Source of the DNA: an uncultured bacterium
Lineage (GTDB): Bacteria; Krumholzibacteriota; Krumholzibacteriia; LZORAL124-64-63
NCBI GenBank assembly: GCA_963732385.1
Contig: CAVSZB010000005.1
Span: 192,001-256,000, forward strand
DNA: 64,000 bases
Reading direction: 5' to 3'
Position 1 is the stretch's first letter, and the number at the start of each line of letters is the position of its first letter. The position numbers were made by a program, and so were the translations under genes. A model generated the notes under the pieces. That model had not been told where the DNA came from. It ran no database searches and saw nothing but the letters and a program-made list of their open reading frames with translations. Below, piece after piece: positions 28,444 to 38,826 of this stretch.

Positions 28444-30384
28444 TTGATCGAGAAACGTCCACAGACGGAATTGGCCGAGACCGATGACGCCGTGCCGCTC
28501 GTCATCCGGATCTCCCTGGCCTCAGCGCTCGTCCTGCTTTTGGGCGTCGTCTATGTTTCCAGCCTCCTGCCCGGCCTCGGAAATTCCGGCGACACGGCGG
28601 AATTCCAGTTTATCGGCAAAGTTCTGGGTGTGCCGCACCCGACCGGCTACCCGACCTATGTCGTGTTGAACGGTCTTTTCGTGCGGCTTGTCCGGCTCGG
28701 CTCCCTCGCCTTTCGGGCGAATCTCCTGTCGGCGCTGTTGGCCATCCTCGCCGTCACTATCCTGTACCATATCATTCGCCTCTTCGTGCCTCGGCGTTCG
28801 ATTGCGCTGTTGAGCGCCCTTTCGTTCGGCCTGACTAGGGTATTCTGGTCCCAGGCCGTCGTGGCGGAGGTCTACACGCTCAATGCCGTTTTTGTGGGTC
28901 TCGTCCTATGGGCGTTCGTGCGCTGGCACAGATCGCGTCTCCCGCGCGATCTGTTGATTGCATGCGGAGTTTATGCCTGCTCATTCGGCAACCACCTGAC
29001 CATGATTACCATGTTGCCAGCGGCCCTGCTGATCGTGCTCGCCACTCAACCAGCCATCGTCCTGCGCCCACGCATCATGCTGGGAGCCGGCCTGCTTGTA
29101 ATCTCCGGCGCATCCCAGTACCTTTTCCTGACGTGGAGGGCACATTCCGCCGCAACGCCTTTCCTGTATAGTGATGTTACCCCCTGGCGTAATCTTCTGG
29201 AGTTGGTGACCGGCGCACAGTTCCGCGACCGTATGTTCGCATTCTCATTCGCGCAGGTCGTTGGCGATCGGCTGCCAATGTACCTGAAGCTGTTCTGCGA
29301 TCAATTCTTGTGGGGCATTCCGTTCATTGTCATCGGAATGATCATGCTTTGCCGGCGCGTGGCCGGCCTGTTCCTTATGACCGCATTCCTGGGATGCGTT
29401 CTTTACGGCGTTAACTACAATATCGAGGACATTTCCGTCTATTTCATCCCCAGTTTTCTTATCGCCGCGATCTGGCTCGGTACCGGTGTTGATGCGGTCG
29501 TCTCGGCCCTCAAGCGACCACGTTGGCTGCCGGCCGTGGCGTCGTCGGCTTACTTCATCCTTCCGTCAATGCTATTTGTCATGAATCGCCCGCTTGTCGA
29601 CCAGAGCGCCAACCGGCAGCTCGCCTCAAGAACCGAGGCCGTCCTGCTTGCGGCACAGCACGACGCCCTGCTGGTTTCCGGGGACTGGATGGTATCCAAC
29701 GCGCTTTGGTACGTGCTTCTCGGCGAAGAACGCTACCGGGATAATGTCTTCGTCGTTCACAATTTCAATCCGGATGAGCTGCATCGCTATCTGGTTGAGA
29801 ATCGCCCATTGTACATGCCACACATTCGCCGTGAGGCTCTTCCCAAGCTCGATGTCTATGCGCTGAAACGCCAACACGTGGACGATCTGCAAAGAACCGG
29901 CCTGTACGCGTTCCCGATCGGCACGGACCTGTTCGCAATCCGTGCTGAGCCGGAACTCGGCTCGCATCTCGCAGAAAAACACCGCCTTAACGCAAGCCTG
30001 TACCCGCTGGTTGCGTTCAGCCAGGGCTGGCAGGTACCGGAGGAATGGGGGCGGTGGGCCATCGCGTCGGAGCCCAAGGCGATTGTCACTTGCCTCCGGT
30101 TGCCGGCGGATCTTGTCATCCGCGCAGCTCCTTGGCCGGAGGTCAACGTACCGGTGGATGTTGCGGTTTTGCTCGACGAGCAACCACTTGGCGACTTCAG
30201 CGTGGCCGGCGCGAATTGGGATATGCAGGAGTTCGTCTTCCCCTTGTCAAGACCCGTGACAAATGGCGTGCTGAAGCTGGTCATCAGACGCCGCGGCTCT
30301 GCCAGCATCGGAGCAACCGGCCAGTATCAGTTGCCGGTTGGCTCGATCGAGATTCGCCGTGCCCCCCCCGGGGTCATCCCATAA
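28444..30384 (+). CDS. DUF2723/TMEM260-like GT-C membrane glycosyltransferase; lower GC
   Basis: GDTAEFQ..LGVPHPTGYP.Y, FWSQAVVAEVYTL and GNHLT motifs; about 10 TM helices. Start uncertain (TTG 28444 or GTG 28492). Confidence 0.78.
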   Translation: MIEKRPQTELAETDDAVPLVIRISLASALVLLLGVVYVSSLLPGLGNSGDTAEFQFIGKVLGVPHPTGYPTYVVLNGLFVRLVRLGSLAFRANLLSALLAILAVTILYHIIRLFVPRRSIALLSALSFGLTRVFWSQAVVAEVYTLNAVFVGLVLWAFVRWHRSRLPRDLLIACGVYACSFGNHLTMITMLPAALLIVLATQPAIVLRPRIMLGAGLLVISGASQYLFLTWRAHSAATPFLYSDVTPWRNLLELVTGAQFRDRMFAFSFAQVVGDRLPMYLKLFCDQFLWGIPFIVIGMIMLCRRVAGLFLMTAFLGCVLYGVNYNIEDISVYFIPSFLIAAIWLGTGVDAVVSALKRPRWLPAVASSAYFILPSMLFVMNRPLVDQSANRQLASRTEAVLLAAQHDALLVSGDWMVSNALWYVLLGEERYRDNVFVVHNFNPDELHRYLVENRPLYMPHIRREALPKLDVYALKRQHVDDLQRTGLYAFPIGTDLFAIRAEPELGSHLAEKHRLNASLYPLVAFSQGWQVPEEWGRWAIASEPKAIVTCLRLPADLVIRAAPWPEVNVPVDVAVLLDEQPLGDFSVAGANWDMQEFVFPLSRPVTNGVLKLVIRRRGSASIGATGQYQLPVGSIEIRRAPPGVIP

Positions 30385-30524
30385 ACTCCTTTGTGCGGTA
30401 ATGCCGCAAAACCCGGGACCGGTTGGAGGAACAACGGGCCCACTGTGCGGAGAGCGCTGAAGGCTTCGGGTGATTGAACCGCAGGCGCGGATGGGTTCCG
30501 CGCCACGCAGGGAGTGCCAATCCC

Positions 30525-32423
30525 ATGATCGCTGACCGTCCCCTGACCGATCTGGCCGCCGGCGCACGCTGGCTCACTGCCTTCGGTGTGATCGTGATTC
30601 TTCCCGGATGGCTGCTGCTCGGACGGCACATACGGACGCTCGATCGTGCGGCGCGGCTATATCTCGCCACCTGCGCCGGATTGCTGCTGACTGCCCTGCT
30701 GGGGCCGGCCTTCGCGGCCCTCCAGGTGCCCTACACTCCGGAGAGCGTCACAGCCTCTGGGATCGTGATCGCGCTTGCGCTCGGCCGCAGCCGGCGCTGG
30801 CGCGACACCGCCGCCGGCTTGGCAGACGGGATCGAACCGCTCGACGCCCGCGGGGTCCTGGCGGTCATCTCTCTCAGCGCAGTCATGGCCGCCATCGTGC
30901 TCGTCGCTTTCCGCGACTACGCCGCACCCAACCACCTGGACGACGCCAGCAACCACGCCTTCATGGCTTCACGGGTTCTCGCGATACACAGTCTGGCTGC
31001 CGGGCGCGTATTCGCGCCGCCCTTCGGTGCGCCCGCGATTCCATACCTGCCGGGTTGGCACGGCTGCGCGGCCCTGATTGCCGATCTCGGTCGGGTGCCG
31101 GCATGGGTGAGCGCCTGGGGGCTGGCGGTGTTCGCCTGTGTGATGACCCCGGCGGCCCTGACGCTCTTCTGGCGCGCCGCGGCGTTGCCATTACCTGTGG
31201 TCCTGCTGGGTGGCGCGTTCGCGGCGGCCAATTTCTACATGCCGACGAACATCTTTTCCTGGGGCGGGTTCGGCGCGATCATCGGCCTGTCGCTCGCGCC
31301 GTGGGTCGCACTTGCCCTGAGAGGGCTCGTTCTCCGTCCTTCGGCGACCGGGGGACTCCTGGCGGGCCTGGCCCTGGTGGCGATCCTGCACATCCACACG
31401 AGCGAGCTCTTCACCGCTCCGTTGCTGCTTGCCGCCATCCTGCCACGAGTGTCCGGATCCCACAACCACGCGCGCAACGTGGCGCGATCGGTCGCCCTGG
31501 CCGTGGCGGTCTTCGCGCTCGTCGGGCTTTTGCCCCTGCTCGAGCCGCTGCGCGTATACCGGGGATGGACCGCGAGCGAAACGCTGCCGACACCATCCGG
31601 CCTGCGCGCGGCCTCAATCGACTTCCTTACCTTTGCCGGCGGCAACGTGCCGATCCTGCGCTGGTTCGTCGTACCGGGCCTGATGGCGGGCCTGATCTGG
31701 CGGCGAAGCCGCCGTCTGGCACTGCTGTCGCTGGCCTTTTTGCTGCTCTACTTCGGCGTGCGACAGTTCCAGGATCCGCTCAGTCTCGCGCTCTCGCGCC
31801 CCTACTACCGGCAGTTCCCGCGCGTGATCTACCCGCAGATGTACCTGCTGCCGCCGTTGATGGCCGTCGCCGTGCTGGCAACGATGAGGGCCGCGGGCCG
31901 GCTCTGGCGCGGACCCGGGAAGCGGCTGCTCCCCCTCGTCCCGCTCGTGGCGCTCGTGCACTGGGTGTTGTATCCCGGCGTCTATTGGAGCTACCGCAAT
32001 CTCGAGTACCAGAAACGGGGCGTGCCTTTCACGCCCGCCGACTCGCGTCTCGCGAGCGAGATGGCGCGCGTGCTGCCGGGTGGCGCCGTCATCGCGAACC
32101 AGTATGGCGACGGCAGTTTCTGGGCGATGCACGTCAGCGGTCTGCGCTTTCTGGATCCGTGCTCCTGGGCACTCGGCGAACGGGAGGGTCTGCACCACCG
32201 GCCGGCGATCGCGCAACTACTCGACCGGCCATGGCCAGCCGAAGTGCGCGCGCTGCGAGAGCTGGGCACGGGGTACGTCTATGTGGGAGACACGGTCCTG
32301 GAGGGCGTGGCGCCGCCGCTGAGCCGGGCACGCCTCGACGCCGATCCCCGCTTCGAACGCCTGCTGGACAACGGAGATGACGCTGTCTATCGCATCCGCT
32401 GGGATGCCGACCCGGCCCCCTGA
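30525..32423 (+). CDS. Polytopic membrane protein, probable GT-C fold (DUF6541-like)
   Basis: Many TM helices; periplasmic D..NH loop (DDASNH), YLPGWH, HIHTSE; C-terminal soluble domain (NQYGDGS.W, G..YVYVG). Confidence 0.6.
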   Translation: MIADRPLTDLAAGARWLTAFGVIVILPGWLLLGRHIRTLDRAARLYLATCAGLLLTALLGPAFAALQVPYTPESVTASGIVIALALGRSRRWRDTAAGLADGIEPLDARGVLAVISLSAVMAAIVLVAFRDYAAPNHLDDASNHAFMASRVLAIHSLAAGRVFAPPFGAPAIPYLPGWHGCAALIADLGRVPAWVSAWGLAVFACVMTPAALTLFWRAAALPLPVVLLGGAFAAANFYMPTNIFSWGGFGAIIGLSLAPWVALALRGLVLRPSATGGLLAGLALVAILHIHTSELFTAPLLLAAILPRVSGSHNHARNVARSVALAVAVFALVGLLPLLEPLRVYRGWTASETLPTPSGLRAASIDFLTFAGGNVPILRWFVVPGLMAGLIWRRSRRLALLSLAFLLLYFGVRQFQDPLSLALSRPYYRQFPRVIYPQMYLLPPLMAVAVLATMRAAGRLWRGPGKRLLPLVPLVALVHWVLYPGVYWSYRNLEYQKRGVPFTPADSRLASEMARVLPGGAVIANQYGDGSFWAMHVSGLRFLDPCSWALGEREGLHHRPAIAQLLDRPWPAEVRALRELGTGYVYVGDTVLEGVAPPLSRARLDADPRFERLLDNGDDAVYRIRWDADPAP

Positions 32424-32495
32424 ATCTGCCCCACGCACGACGACGAGCGGGGTCTCCCCCGCCCGTCGCCCACATCCGCTCTCGCGCCGCTTTGC

Positions 32496-33386
32496 CTACA
32501 GGAACGAGTACGTCACCCCGATGCCCAGCACCTGCTGCCACTGGACCTTGTCCAGGACGTCCTTGTTGTAGAGCAGCTCGAACTTCAGGGTCATGCCCAG
32601 GGCGCCCATGGCCTTCAGGTTGATGTCGGTCATCCAGTCGATGTCGACCTGGTCGCTGTTGTTGAAGGCCCAGAACAGGGCGAGGCGCGACTTCAGGCTG
32701 AGCTGCTTGTGGAGCGTCTTGTCGAGCTCGGTCACCGACTCGAGGCCGCCTTCGATGCGGCTGGTCTCGATTTCGTCGGCGGTGTCGAGGTCGTCCGTGT
32801 AGACGGCTGCGAACTCGTCGGCGTAGGTCTCCTGCAGGCCGAGACCGAAGCGGGTGATGGCGTAGGGTTTCACCTGGAAGCCGACGCCCGCGCCCTGCGT
32901 CAGGTAGAGCGGGTCGGCGAAGTCCGACACCTTCACCTTCGGATCGACCGTATAGTCATAGCCGCCGGTGAACTGCGTCTTGAGGGAGGCGCGGGCGTAC
33001 GGCTTGATCAGGCGGCTGGTGTTGAAGTCGACGATCGACTCGGCGAAGATCAGGTCGTACGCCTTGCGCGAGTCCTGGTTCTTCTGCTTCACCTCGCCGT
33101 ACTCCAGGCGCAGCACGTTCGACCAGTTGGCGCGCCCCCCGTACCGCTTGAAGCGCCCGCGCCCGCCGAGCAGCCACGAGGCGTTGTCCTCGCCGCCCGC
33201 GGCCCAGTTGCTGAACGAGTTCTGCGTGAAGTTGAACGACCCGATCAGCTCGTTGTGCCAGCCGAGGCTGTCGGCCGTGGCGGCCTCCGCGGCGCGGGCG
33301 ACTCCGCCCGCCGCGACCGACAGCGCGACGACCACGAACAGGACGACCACTTGCGCATCATGAAGTCCGGCAAGCCGTTTCCGCAT
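32496..33386 (-). CDS. DUF3078-like outer-membrane beta-barrel protein
   Basis: NFTQNSFSNWAAGGE motif; alternating amphipathic strands; terminal GIGVTYSFL; signal peptide. Confidence 0.78.
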   Translation of the reverse strand: MRKRLAGLHDAQVVVLFVVVALSVAAGGVARAAEAATADSLGWHNELIGSFNFTQNSFSNWAAGGEDNASWLLGGRGRFKRYGGRANWSNVLRLEYGEVKQKNQDSRKAYDLIFAESIVDFNTSRLIKPYARASLKTQFTGGYDYTVDPKVKVSDFADPLYLTQGAGVGFQVKPYAITRFGLGLQETYADEFAAVYTDDLDTADEIETSRIEGGLESVTELDKTLHKQLSLKSRLALFWAFNNSDQVDIDWMTDINLKAMGALGMTLKFELLYNKDVLDKVQWQQVLGIGVTYSFL

Positions 33387-33750
33387 TGTGTGCGACCTCC
33401 CCGAAAACAGGATATTCCCTCGCTTCAAGCCCTCCATTACTACCGAAAGCGCCCCCCGTTTGCCAGCCCTCACACACCCCCGGCGGCCTCTTCCCAACGG
33501 GACGGTTTCGTGATAGGATGCGCCATCGCCATGACGGGGGTCGTGACGGCTATCGCCCCGGCGGATTCGCCCCGCCTGCTCAATCATCAGGTCGCCGCCA
33601 GCAACCATGGTCTTCGGCTGTCCGCCGACACGGGACCCGTCCGCGTGGCCGGCAATCCGGAGGTGAATGATCGCGACGGGTCCGGGTCCCACCGGGACCG
33701 CCCTGCGGCGCGTCCGGGTGAATCATCGGGGTGAACAAGGGGGGATATTC

Positions 33751-35163
33751 ATGAGACGAGCCTCTGTCTGCGCAACCCTGTTCCTGATCCTGCTGCTGGC
33801 CTCGGGCTGTGGCGAGGATCGGGTCGCGGCTCCCGGGCCGGCGACCGAAATCTCCGCCGACGGCGGCCTGAATCCAGAGGCGATCGCCGCCGAACTCCTC
33901 GTCCTGGCGGGATGGGAGTTGGCGGAAGGCCAGTCGCCGCCCAAGGACACCGACGCTGCCAAAACCGTGGGCCTCCTCACCAGTTGCACCCGCACGGTGG
34001 TCGCGCCCGGTATCGCGCACTATGTCTGGACGATCCGGGTCGGCGCCGATCCGCGCGACCTGATCGCGCTGCACCGCGTCGTGAAGGAACAGCGGCCGTT
34101 GCTCCCGATCCGCACGCGCAAGGCGATCTTTCTGCAGCACGGCGACGCCAAGAACTTCGCCGGCATGTTCCTGCCGGGCACGCTGTCGGCCACGACACCC
34201 GACGACTTCGGCGCCGCCGTCTACTGGGCCCGCAGCAACGTCGATGTCTGGGGCATCGACCAGGCCTGGAACCTCGTGCCGGCCGAGACGACCGACTTCG
34301 CCTTCATGGCCGGCTGGGGGATCGACAAGCAGTCGCGCGACCTCGGCAGCGCGATCGCGATCGCGCGCTTCACCCGCCTGCTGACCGGCAACGGGTACGA
34401 CAAGATGAACCTGCTGGGCTACAGCAGCGGCTCGGCCACCGGCTATGCGCTGCTCAACGCTGAGGCACAGCTGCCGGCCGTGCTGCGCCAGGTCGGCGGC
34501 TGGATTCCGGCGGACTACAGCCCGGTTTCCGACAATCTCGAGTGGAACGAGATCCAGAACTGCAATTACGTTCCCATCTACCAGCAGATGATCGACAGCG
34601 GCCAGTTCGGCTACTTTGTCGGCTTCGATTTCATGGGCAATCTGGCGCGCGACGATCCGGACGGGGATTCCCCGGTGTTTCCCGGCTTCACCAACCTCCA
34701 GGCCGCGCTCTATCTGGGGGCCGGTCCGATCTTCAATGTCGGCGCGATCCACTATCTGGCGGGGATCTGGGAGGACGGCCTGCCGGTCGCCCTGGAGCAC
34801 CTGACCGTGGACCAGTGGCTCGACTTCATGATCGCCGGCGCCCCCTGGGAGCCGGTGCGGTTCATGCTCGACTACTCCATCTGGGGATGCATGACCGTCG
34901 ACGTGCCGTGGGATGACCACTTCGGAGAGATCACCGTGCCGGTGCTGAACCTGGCCGCGGCCGGCGGGGTCGGCCCGACGACCGGTTACTGCCTGAGCCT
35001 GCTCGGCAGCACCGACATCACCACCCTGAACGTGCAGTTGCTTCCCGAGTCCGCAGCGCTCTACGACATGGGCCACATCGATCTCTGGATCGCGGACAAC
35101 GCTCCGGAACTGGTCTGGCGACCGATAATGGATTGGATCGAGGCGCACACCGGAGACGGATAG
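33751..35163 (+). CDS. Alpha/beta-hydrolase-fold lipoprotein
   Basis: Lipobox LASGC; FLQHG; DVWGID; GYSSG nucleophile elbow; C-terminal GHIDL. Confidence 0.72.
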   Translation: MRRASVCATLFLILLLASGCGEDRVAAPGPATEISADGGLNPEAIAAELLVLAGWELAEGQSPPKDTDAAKTVGLLTSCTRTVVAPGIAHYVWTIRVGADPRDLIALHRVVKEQRPLLPIRTRKAIFLQHGDAKNFAGMFLPGTLSATTPDDFGAAVYWARSNVDVWGIDQAWNLVPAETTDFAFMAGWGIDKQSRDLGSAIAIARFTRLLTGNGYDKMNLLGYSSGSATGYALLNAEAQLPAVLRQVGGWIPADYSPVSDNLEWNEIQNCNYVPIYQQMIDSGQFGYFVGFDFMGNLARDDPDGDSPVFPGFTNLQAALYLGAGPIFNVGAIHYLAGIWEDGLPVALEHLTVDQWLDFMIAGAPWEPVRFMLDYSIWGCMTVDVPWDDHFGEITVPVLNLAAAGGVGPTTGYCLSLLGSTDITTLNVQLLPESAALYDMGHIDLWIADNAPELVWRPIMDWIEAHTGDG

Positions 35164-35255
35164 GCAAAAGATCCGATCGCGGTGAGCAGCCGTACGGCGC
35201 GGGGGCGCCGGCGTCCGAACCCGAAGCCGGCGTCCCGCGCCCGGGCATCTCGAGC

Positions 35256-35292
35256 GAACGACCCCCGGACGCGCGAGCGCCGGGGGTCGTTC
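35256..35292. terminator. 13-bp perfect hairpin downstream of HU copy 1
   Basis: GAACGACCCCCGG-N11-CCGGGGGTCGTTC; an identical stem occurs at 50418-50454. Confidence 0.7.
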
Positions 35293-35321
35293 AGGTCGGA
35301 TCCGGGAATTCCGGGGTCCGG

Positions 35322-35666
35322 CTAGAGCATGTCCTTCATCGCCTTCAGCGGACGGACGCGCACGGTGCGCGACGCAGGACGGGCCTTCTGCTTGACCATG
35401 TCGCCGGTGAACGGATTGCGGACCAGCTTGCCGCCGGCCACCGCGGGCTTCTTCACCAGCGTCAGCTTCAGCAGGCCGAGCTGGTTGAAGGCGCCGTGCT
35501 TCTTGACCGACTTGACCATGACATCGGTCAGGGCGTCACAGGTCGCGACGACGTCCTTGCGGGTGAGACCGGTCTTCGTGGCGATCTCGCGGTAGACCTC
35601 GTTGCGTGTCGGCGGCTTGATCGACACCGGCTTGGCCGGCGCCTTGCGGGTCTGCTTCTTTGCCAT
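35322..35666 (-). CDS. HU/IHF-family DNA-binding protein (copy 1)
   Basis: Basic 114-aa protein; IATKTGLTRKDV, RNPFTG arm and KARPASRTVRVRPLK; GGAGGAG RBS. Confidence 0.9.
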   Translation of the reverse strand: MAKKQTRKAPAKPVSIKPPTRNEVYREIATKTGLTRKDVVATCDALTDVMVKSVKKHGAFNQLGLLKLTLVKKPAVAGGKLVRNPFTGDMVKQKARPASRTVRVRPLKAMKDML

Positions 35667-35823
35667 GTAGCCTCTCCTCCTTGTTGGCTGGAATGGAAGC
35701 GCACACCATCCCGAAGACTGGAAAATAGCGTATAAATCGCCAGGAGTGGATGCAAGATTTTGCTATTTCCCACGTTTTTTCAAGGCGGAACCTGCCGGGC
35801 GGGGCCCGGCCCCCGCCCGGACC

Positions 35824-37440
35824 TCACTCCCCGCCGCCTCCCAGGGCCGGTCCCTTGATCTCCGGCAGCTGCCAGACACTGTCGATTACGGTGCCATCCA
35901 CCCACTTGATGGCCGCCACGACGCGATCGACCGTTTCCGGCGGCTGGGGCTTGCCGCACAGCGCCTCGACCTCGGCCTTGATCTCGGTCAGCGGCCGGAT
36001 CGGCAGCGAGGAGCCGCGCAGCTTCGCCAGCAGATCCGTGCGCCGCGGGTTGATCGCGATGCCGCGCTCGGTCACGATCACGTCGACCAGCTCGCCCGGA
36101 CCGCACAGCGTGGTGACCCGGTCGACGAGGACCGGGATGCGGTCGCGGAACGACGGGATCGGCAGGATCGTGCACCTGCCGAAGAGGCAGTTCTGCCAGC
36201 CGCCGATGCCGTGCAGCAGGCGGCCGTCGGAGTGGGTCACAACGTTGGCGTTGAAGTCGACGTCGACCTCCGTTGCGCCGAGCACCGTGGCATCCACCAT
36301 CGACGCGAAGTTCCCCTTGCCGTGCCAGTTGTAGCTGGTGAACGGCGAGGTGTTGACGTGCCCGGGGTTCTCGCGCATCGAGCGGACCCCTTCGAGATCG
36401 AACGTCTGCCCGTCGAGGATGTAGTCGGTCAGCCCCTCCTCGAGCATCTGCACGAGGTACTGCGTGGAGCCACCGCGCACGAAACGGGCCTTGATCCGAC
36501 GCTCGCGCATGATGTCGCGCAGGAACAGGGCGAACGACAGCGCGGTGCCGCCGGCGCCGGCCTGGAACGAGAAGCCGTCGCGCACGATGCCGGCCTCGTC
36601 GCAGAAACGCGCGGTCAGCTCGGCGATCAGCAGGCGGTCGGGCGACTTGGTGATCTGCGTCGTGCCGGAGACGATCTTGGCAGGGTCGCCGATCTTGTCC
36701 ATGACCACGACCTGGTCCACGTGGTTGCCCTGGATCTGCCACGGCACGCAAGGGAACGGCACCAGGTTGTCGGTGACGACGATGACATGGTCGGCGTACT
36801 CGCTGTCGGCCAGCGCGAAGCCGATCAGGCCGCAGGCCGACGGCCCGCGATCTCCGGTGGCGTTGCCGAACGGGTCGGCGGTCGGCGCGGCAATGACGGC
36901 GATGTCGATGTGCACCTCGCCGTCCTGGATCGCCTGGTAGCGCCCGCCGTGCGAGCGCAGCACGCACATCCCCTTCATTTTCCCAAGGCTGCAATAATCG
37001 CCGAGCGGGCCGTTCATCGACCCTTCGATCCAGCGCACGACGCCCGATTCCAGCAGATCGATCACCGGGGCGTGCACCGGGAACGACGCGCTCGGAAACC
37101 AGCGGATGTCCTTGACGCCCATCTCCGCGGCGGCCTTGAGCACGGCGTTGGCCACGAGGTCGCCGTTGCGCAGGTGGTGGTGCGTGCCGATGGTCATGCC
37201 GTCGCGCAGGCCGGCCTTCTTCAGGGCCGCCTTGAGATCGGGCGCGACCTTGTTGCCGTCCAGCGGGTACTGGCCGCAATGCGCAATCGGCGGCACCGCC
37301 CGGCGTCCCTGCGGCACATGCTTCGCCACCCCCTGGTACGGGATGGCCGCCTCGCCGTTGATGAGCGTCGGCACCAGCCGCCCGGCGGCGTTCTCCTGCA
37401 GCGGCACGCCGGCCGCGTCCTTGCGGATCGCCTTGCTCAT
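35824..37440 (-). CDS. citF: Citrate lyase alpha chain / citrate CoA-transferase
   Basis: GLRDGMTIGTHHHLRNGD, LRSHGGR, FSFQAGAGG, LGATEVDVDFNANV and VDVIVTERGIAINPRR. Confidence 0.9.
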   Translation of the reverse strand: MSKAIRKDAAGVPLQENAAGRLVPTLINGEAAIPYQGVAKHVPQGRRAVPPIAHCGQYPLDGNKVAPDLKAALKKAGLRDGMTIGTHHHLRNGDLVANAVLKAAAEMGVKDIRWFPSASFPVHAPVIDLLESGVVRWIEGSMNGPLGDYCSLGKMKGMCVLRSHGGRYQAIQDGEVHIDIAVIAAPTADPFGNATGDRGPSACGLIGFALADSEYADHVIVVTDNLVPFPCVPWQIQGNHVDQVVVMDKIGDPAKIVSGTTQITKSPDRLLIAELTARFCDEAGIVRDGFSFQAGAGGTALSFALFLRDIMRERRIKARFVRGGSTQYLVQMLEEGLTDYILDGQTFDLEGVRSMRENPGHVNTSPFTSYNWHGKGNFASMVDATVLGATEVDVDFNANVVTHSDGRLLHGIGGWQNCLFGRCTILPIPSFRDRIPVLVDRVTTLCGPGELVDVIVTERGIAINPRRTDLLAKLRGSSLPIRPLTEIKAEVEALCGKPQPPETVDRVVAAIKWVDGTVIDSVWQLPEIKGPALGGGGE

Positions 37441-38675
37441 GACGTTCCCCCCTCGCCGCCTGCGGTCGGCTCGCGCCAGTCGGCCGCCAGCCGGCCGGCC
37501 GCCAGGGCGGCCGCCACGGTCGCCTGCGCCCGCTTGACCACCGGCGGATCGATCATCTTGCTGCCAAGCGAAACCACGCCCAGCCCCCTCGCCTGCGCCA
37601 CCTCGAAGGCGCGCACGATCTTCGTCGCCTTCTCGATCGCCGCCGCCGGCGGCGCGAAGGCGTCATGCACCACCGGAATCTGCCGCGGGTGGATGCAGCC
37701 CTTGCCCACGAAGCCGAGCGACCGCGCCTCCTCCACGGACCTGCGCAGCGCGTCCATGTCGGCCACGTCGGAAAAGACCGTGTCGATCGGCTGGACGCCG
37801 GCCGCGCGGGCGCCGTTGAGCACCTGCGCGCGCGCCCAGAACGACTCGTGCCCCTCGAGCGTGCGCTCGGCGCCGATGTCGGCGGTGTAGTCCTCGAGAC
37901 CGATGGCGAGCCCCACGACAGTGTCGGTCGCGCCCGCGATCTCGTACGCCAGCCACGCGCCGCGAGCCGACTCCACGATCGGCATCAGCCAGACCGGCGC
38001 GGCGCGATGGTGCGTTGCGCGCAGCGCGTCGATGCGATCGCGCGCGGCGACCACCTGTTCCGGAGCCTCGACCTTGGGCAGCAGCACGAGCTGCACGCCG
38101 TGCGGCACGATCCAGTCGAGGTCGGCGAGCCCATGCTCGCCCTGGTTGATGCGTACCATCCGCTCGGCGCCGTGGAAATCGACCACGCGCAGCGCGTTAC
38201 GCACCAGCACCCGGGCCGCGTCCTTCTCGGGCGGCGCCACCGAGTCCTCAAGATCGAGAATCAATCCGTCGGGCTGGTGCAGACCGGCGTTGGCCATGAA
38301 CTTGGGCTCGTTGCCCGGCAGGTAGAGCCGCGTGCGGCGCAGCCGTTCGCGCTCGCTGCCGCCGGCGGTGTCGGCGCGCGCGGCCGGCAACCAGACGCCG
38401 GCGCAGTCGGGCCAGGCACGCTTCACGGCCGCCTCGAGCCGGGCGTCGAGAACGAACGGCAGGGCCCCCTGATCATCCACCTCGATCGCTGCATGCGCGA
38501 CGCCGAGGGCGTCGCAACCCGCCTCGATACGCCGGCGGATGTCCGCCCCATAAAGCGCCTGAACCTTGCTCTTCAGATCGACCGTGATCCCGCCGGCGTC
38601 GCGGATGTCGATTCCGATCCAGCAGTCGGACCGGACCTCCTTGCCGCGGCGGCCCGCCTCCCCACGTCGGGTCAT
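37437..38675 (-). CDS. citE: Fusion of citrate-lyase acyl-carrier-like domain (CitD) and citryl-CoA lyase beta chain (CitE)
   Basis: The N-terminal ~88 aa has the CitD pattern (AG..SD, S.V..LYG..I, DQGAL.FVL.ARLEAAV.RA). The remainder has RRTRLYLPGN, DLEDSV, IGLEDY, PIDTVF and KGCIHPRQ. Confidence 0.88.
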   Translation of the reverse strand: MTRRGEAGRRGKEVRSDCWIGIDIRDAGGITVDLKSKVQALYGADIRRRIEAGCDALGVAHAAIEVDDQGALPFVLDARLEAAVKRAWPDCAGVWLPAARADTAGGSERERLRRTRLYLPGNEPKFMANAGLHQPDGLILDLEDSVAPPEKDAARVLVRNALRVVDFHGAERMVRINQGEHGLADLDWIVPHGVQLVLLPKVEAPEQVVAARDRIDALRATHHRAAPVWLMPIVESARGAWLAYEIAGATDTVVGLAIGLEDYTADIGAERTLEGHESFWARAQVLNGARAAGVQPIDTVFSDVADMDALRRSVEEARSLGFVGKGCIHPRQIPVVHDAFAPPAAAIEKATKIVRAFEVAQARGLGVVSLGSKMIDPPVVKRAQATVAAALAAGRLAADWREPTAGGEGGTS

Positions 38676-38826
38676 GGCTCAACCTCTTTCCGGACAGCGA
38701 TTTCCGCACCTGCGCGCCCGTGGCACGCAACAATTCAATGATGGGTGGCGCAGCCGCGCTTTTCAAGCACCGCCGTCGGTGAAAGCGCGTGGGGCGGCGA
38801 CCCGCCGAGGAAATCACGACGATGGT

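Noticed and set aside
30445..30470. GGAGAG..CTGAAGG resembling a glycine riboswitch core
   Set aside because: The spacing is too short, there is no CTCTCAGG element or second aptamer, and the downstream gene is unrelated.
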